Origin: Vampirovibrio sp.
GTDB taxonomy: Bacteria > Cyanobacteriota > Vampirovibrionia > Vampirovibrionales > Vampirovibrionaceae
DNA length: 64,000 nt
NCBI GenBank assembly: GCA_027448865.1
Contig: DAIDMR010000069.1
Location: 23,931 to 87,930 of the forward strand
Direction of reading: 5' to 3'
The position numbers were made by a program, and so were the translations under genes. Below the pieces are notes generated by a model. That model did no database searches and had not been told where the DNA came from. It saw only the letters and a list, made by a program, of their open reading frames with translations. Shown one piece after another: positions 61,121 to 64,000 of the stretch (position 1 is its first letter; the number at the start of each line of letters is the position of its first letter).

Positions 61121-63081
61121 CGCCCTCGTCCTTTCGCTTGCCCTTGGCGCTGCCATTGCCCTTTTTCATCCAGTTGAATCGTTTGCCCCACTGAAAGGCT
61201 TCTGAAGTCTTGTAATCGTTGAACAGGTTTCACCAGCATGGCTGCCTGGGTTTCTAGAAGGACTGCTTCAGAGCCATCCGTTAGAGTGCGCCGTCCTTGA
61301 TAAATCACGGTACCTTTATCTTGAGCGGTCCACGCCCGATGGGGTTTTAGGTTCTGGACGCGTTCCCGCACCAGGTTACGCTCGGTGATGTACGCTTGCA
61401 GTGCTGGCGATATTGAGCCATCTGCAAACAAAGAGGACTGCTTCGCTTGTTCTATTAGCTGCTGCCGCTCTTGTTCCAGTGCTTCATCCTTGAAAGTCAC
61501 TGCCATCTGATGTTGAGCGGCCAACTGAACAAGGTGCCGTTTGAAATCCGAGCTGCCTTGTACATCCAGTGGCTGATTCTGGAAGCGTTCAGCGGCCATT
61601 GTCAAAGCCAAAAGTATTGATCCGACGGTTACGGTGCCTACCGATACCAACTGCTTTTCATCGGTCACAGAACCACCATCCTGAACTTGGTAGACCAAAT
61701 CCCCGTTTTTTCGAATATAGGGCTTCAAGTCCTGGTAGATGAGATGCTTGGCTTGAGTCAGGTCATCCGCCGTTAATAGGGCTTTTTCAAAGTTTGCTTG
61801 CCTGGTTTTGCGCTGGCGCAGTAGCTCAAGTGCCTTACTATTCCCCTGCTCCGCCTGCTGAATCAGGAACTGCTCCCAAGTTAGTACGGGATGCTTGGCT
61901 TTTGATGCCTGCTTTTGGTGTTTTATCGATTGACTATGTGTTTGCAAGGCTGATTGTCGAGCTTGGGCCAATTGCTGGTAAGCTAGTCGTTTAGCTTGCC
62001 TACTTTGGCTGGATTGCTTAATTTTTAGGCGCTCTTGAGCATGCCAAGTTTTTAATTGCTGGGCAAATAGTGCTTTTTCCTCTGTTATTCTTTCTTTGAG
62101 CTGGCTTTTGACCAACCAGGCCGCTTGTTTTTGGGATTGAAAGTCAGAATGAAGTGCTTGGGTCGCCTCATCTGTTTGTTTAAGACTTTTTTGGTAAGCC
62201 CTCTTTGGATTTTCCAGCGCTGGATCGGGAGATTGAGAGTTTACAGGTGGTTCATATGGGCCGAAACGCTCCGTCAATGCCTTGAACGACAGGCTTTTAT
62301 CCACGGAACTGGCTTTGACACCCATGGAACCATCGCCAAGGGCAATCACCAGTCCGGCCCCACGGGGTTTTATCATTAAGCCATACTCAGCCATTGCCTG
62401 GTGTAGCCCGTCCCAACTTTTGCCCTCTTTGACAGCCTGAAGCAGGTCTGGTTTGGCCTCCGCCTGTATCCAGCCTAGCAAGGTTTGTTCACCAATATGA
62501 GCCTCAAGGGCATGGGCTTTTCCATACCGTTGCCCCTGCCCCATCCCGTTATCAACCGTCAAGCCGTGTTTATGCTCCAGGGCTCGGCAGGCCTTATCCC
62601 GAATATAGTAATCCCGATAAGGTTCATGGAGTTTAAAAGTCGCTGGATGCACCTTATTGATGGCCAAATGCAGATGAATATTATCTGTATCCTGGTGTAC
62701 CGCACTAATTCGCTGGTGTTCTCCAAAGCCTAATGCGTCGCACATTTGGTCTTCAATGTCTTCCAGTTGCGCTCGGGAAGGCTGCTCGCCTTCCGGGAAT
62801 GAAATCACACAATGATAGGTCTTATCCGCTTGAGAGCGCGTATTCTGGGACTGGGTGACCAGCACTTCTGCGATGGCCATTGCCGGAATTTCAGCCTCGC
62901 AATTGGAAAGTCGGTACCAAAGCACCTTCTCCCCTTCGGTTTCCGCTTTTAGATCCACCACGTATTCTGCGGTTCGGGTCCAAAGTATGGTCGAGGCATC
63001 ATTCTTGGCCTCCAGCACATACCGGCCCAGTCGGTCAAAATCCGAGGTTTTCAGTTTCCGATCAATGCGCTTGGAAATCAT
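61117..63081 (-). CDS. traI: MOBP relaxase TraI
   Basis: LGRYV, DKTYHCVISF, HQDTDNIHLH; basic C-terminus GRGR. Confidence 0.93.
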   Translation of the reverse strand: MISKRIDRKLKTSDFDRLGRYVLEAKNDASTILWTRTAEYVVDLKAETEGEKVLWYRLSNCEAEIPAMAIAEVLVTQSQNTRSQADKTYHCVISFPEGEQPSRAQLEDIEDQMCDALGFGEHQRISAVHQDTDNIHLHLAINKVHPATFKLHEPYRDYYIRDKACRALEHKHGLTVDNGMGQGQRYGKAHALEAHIGEQTLLGWIQAEAKPDLLQAVKEGKSWDGLHQAMAEYGLMIKPRGAGLVIALGDGSMGVKASSVDKSLSFKALTERFGPYEPPVNSQSPDPALENPKRAYQKSLKQTDEATQALHSDFQSQKQAAWLVKSQLKERITEEKALFAQQLKTWHAQERLKIKQSSQSRQAKRLAYQQLAQARQSALQTHSQSIKHQKQASKAKHPVLTWEQFLIQQAEQGNSKALELLRQRKTRQANFEKALLTADDLTQAKHLIYQDLKPYIRKNGDLVYQVQDGGSVTDEKQLVSVGTVTVGSILLALTMAAERFQNQPLDVQGSSDFKRHLVQLAAQHQMAVTFKDEALEQERQQLIEQAKQSSLFADGSISPALQAYITERNLVRERVQNLKPHRAWTAQDKGTVIYQGRRTLTDGSEAVLLETQAAMLVKPVQRLQDFRSLSVGQTIQLDEKGQWQRQGQAKGRGR

Positions 63082-63431
63082 AAGCGCTTTTTCTCAGTCA
63101 TCACAATATGAGCCAATTCCAGTTGAAGCGACTCTATTTGCTGGAGTACCGAACGCACATTGCTTGTGTTCAGACCTTCTCCTTTCCTTTCTGTCAGCCA
63201 AAGTTTGAGCAGCCCTCCCAATCGGCCTTGATCCGCATGGAGTTTAATAAGCATCGCAATGGCCTCTTTATCAAAGGCGCTTTTGGGTTCAAACCCCAAA
63301 GCCAGAGAGCGCATTAAGGTACTGGGAGCCAGCTTGACAGCCTTTGCCCGGTGTTCAATCTCCGCACGTTCGCGAGCGGAAACATAGACTTTGATTGGAT
63401 GTAGGCGGTCTCGGCACTCCCGAACGGCCAT
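63078..63431 (-). CDS. traJ: Relaxosome protein TraJ (ribbon-helix-helix)
   Basis: IKVYV...ERAEIE, ADQGRLGGLLKLWL. Confidence 0.9.
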   Translation of the reverse strand: MAVRECRDRLHPIKVYVSARERAEIEHRAKAVKLAPSTLMRSLALGFEPKSAFDKEAIAMLIKLHADQGRLGGLLKLWLTERKGEGLNTSNVRSVLQQIESLQLELAHIVMTEKKRL

Positions 63432-63483
63432 TGTATTTCCCCTTAAAATTTAAACCACTTGAATCACTTGGCGGTAGCCAATC

Positions 63484-63572
63484 AGGACTCGCGTTGAGGG
63501 GTTCCCCCGAATAAGCGCTTTGTATTGGAGGGGTGCAAGCTGTGCTTGTAGGCCTACAATACCTGTCCTGCC
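63484..63572 (+). other. oriT, RP4-like; predicted nic between 63570 and 63571
   Basis: GGCCTACAATACCTGTCCTG^CC versus RP4 GGCCTACTTCACCTATCCTG^CC; inverted repeat 63522-63562; between divergent traJ and traK. Confidence 0.85.
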
Positions 63573-63593
63573 ATTTTTATTTATGAAAATCTG

Positions 63594-63731
63594 TGCAAAA
63601 GTATGCAATATTCATGTCACACCGGTCTTTTTCATGCAACATTTGCATTGTATTGCACTGTTTTGCATAGTTTTTCGGAGTTTTGCGTTGTTTTGCATTC
63701 TTGAAAAGGCCAAACTATGCAAATCTATGCA
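63594..63731. repeat. Helically phased TGCA array next to oriT
   Basis: TGCA at 63594, 63604, 63635, 63644, 63654, 63664, 63694, 63718, 63728 (TGCG at 63684). Confidence 0.65.
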
Positions 63732-63814
63732 AACCTTGTCAAAAAATGTATCCCGTGCTATCGTTCGCATGCTTTCGCCAGCACAGACTCTATTTTTCAT
63801 TTCTAGAGGGTTTC

Positions 63815-64000
63815 ATGAATCAAACAACCAAGGGCCAATATGGCCTGGGACGCATCACGTTTAAAGCACATTTTGCAGAGATTCAGCAAGAAATTGAAGC
63901 GGGTTATCCGCTAACCCAGGTCTACGAAAAGCGAAAAGACAAGCTTGGGATCGCATATACCCAATTTACCCGCTACGTGGGCAAATATATCACGGGAGAA
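63815..64000 (+). CDS. traK: TraK-family relaxosome protein, partial
   Basis: MNQTTKGQYGLGRITFKAHFAEIQQEIEAGYPLTQVY...YTQFTRYV; open to the window end; not in the ORF track. Confidence 0.75.
   Translation, partial: MNQTTKGQYGLGRITFKAHFAEIQQEIEAGYPLTQVYEKRKDKLGIAYTQFTRYVGKYITGE

Larger units (their letters stand above)
28678..64000. mobile_element. Integrative conjugative element with IncP-like tra/trb; right end outside the window
   Basis: tRNA 3' duplication at left end; full trb operon, T4CP, MOBP relaxase, oriT, TA and defence cargo. Confidence 0.85.

Noticed and set aside
63520..63864. 114-aa and 62-aa ORFs across oriT
   Set aside because: By-products of the TGCA repeats; the real gene is traK starting at 63815 in another frame

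Overview
The window has two parts. Left part (1 to about 28,677) is chromosomal backbone with accessory genes: an HAE1-type RND efflux operon; three modular type IV minor-pilin-like genes carrying putative glycan-binding domains; yihY and mgtA; a LysR-controlled OMF-ytcA-mdtN-mdtO efflux cluster preceded by a decayed hipA 3' end; a cupin-Crp/Fnr-globin module with two FNR-type boxes; and three orphan, effector-like genes (one split at an A_AAA_AAG slippery site, one ankyrin protein, one degenerate GHKL protein). Right part (28,678 to beyond 64,000) is an integrated conjugative element whose left end is a 23-bp copy of a tRNA-Glu 3' end. It carries hipBA, a two-component system with a CzcCBA-like pump and a PAP2 gene, AbiE, trbBCDEJKLFGHI, traD-traC, a three-gene Lamassu defence system, and traF-traG-traI-traJ-oriT-traK with an RP4-like nic site. 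The integrase and the intact tRNA are not in the window. The host may be a non-photosynthetic cyanobacterial relative (Vampirovibrionia-like); this is an inference from the tRNA-Glu sequence and orphan protein style only. All calls come from manual motif reading; no searches were run.
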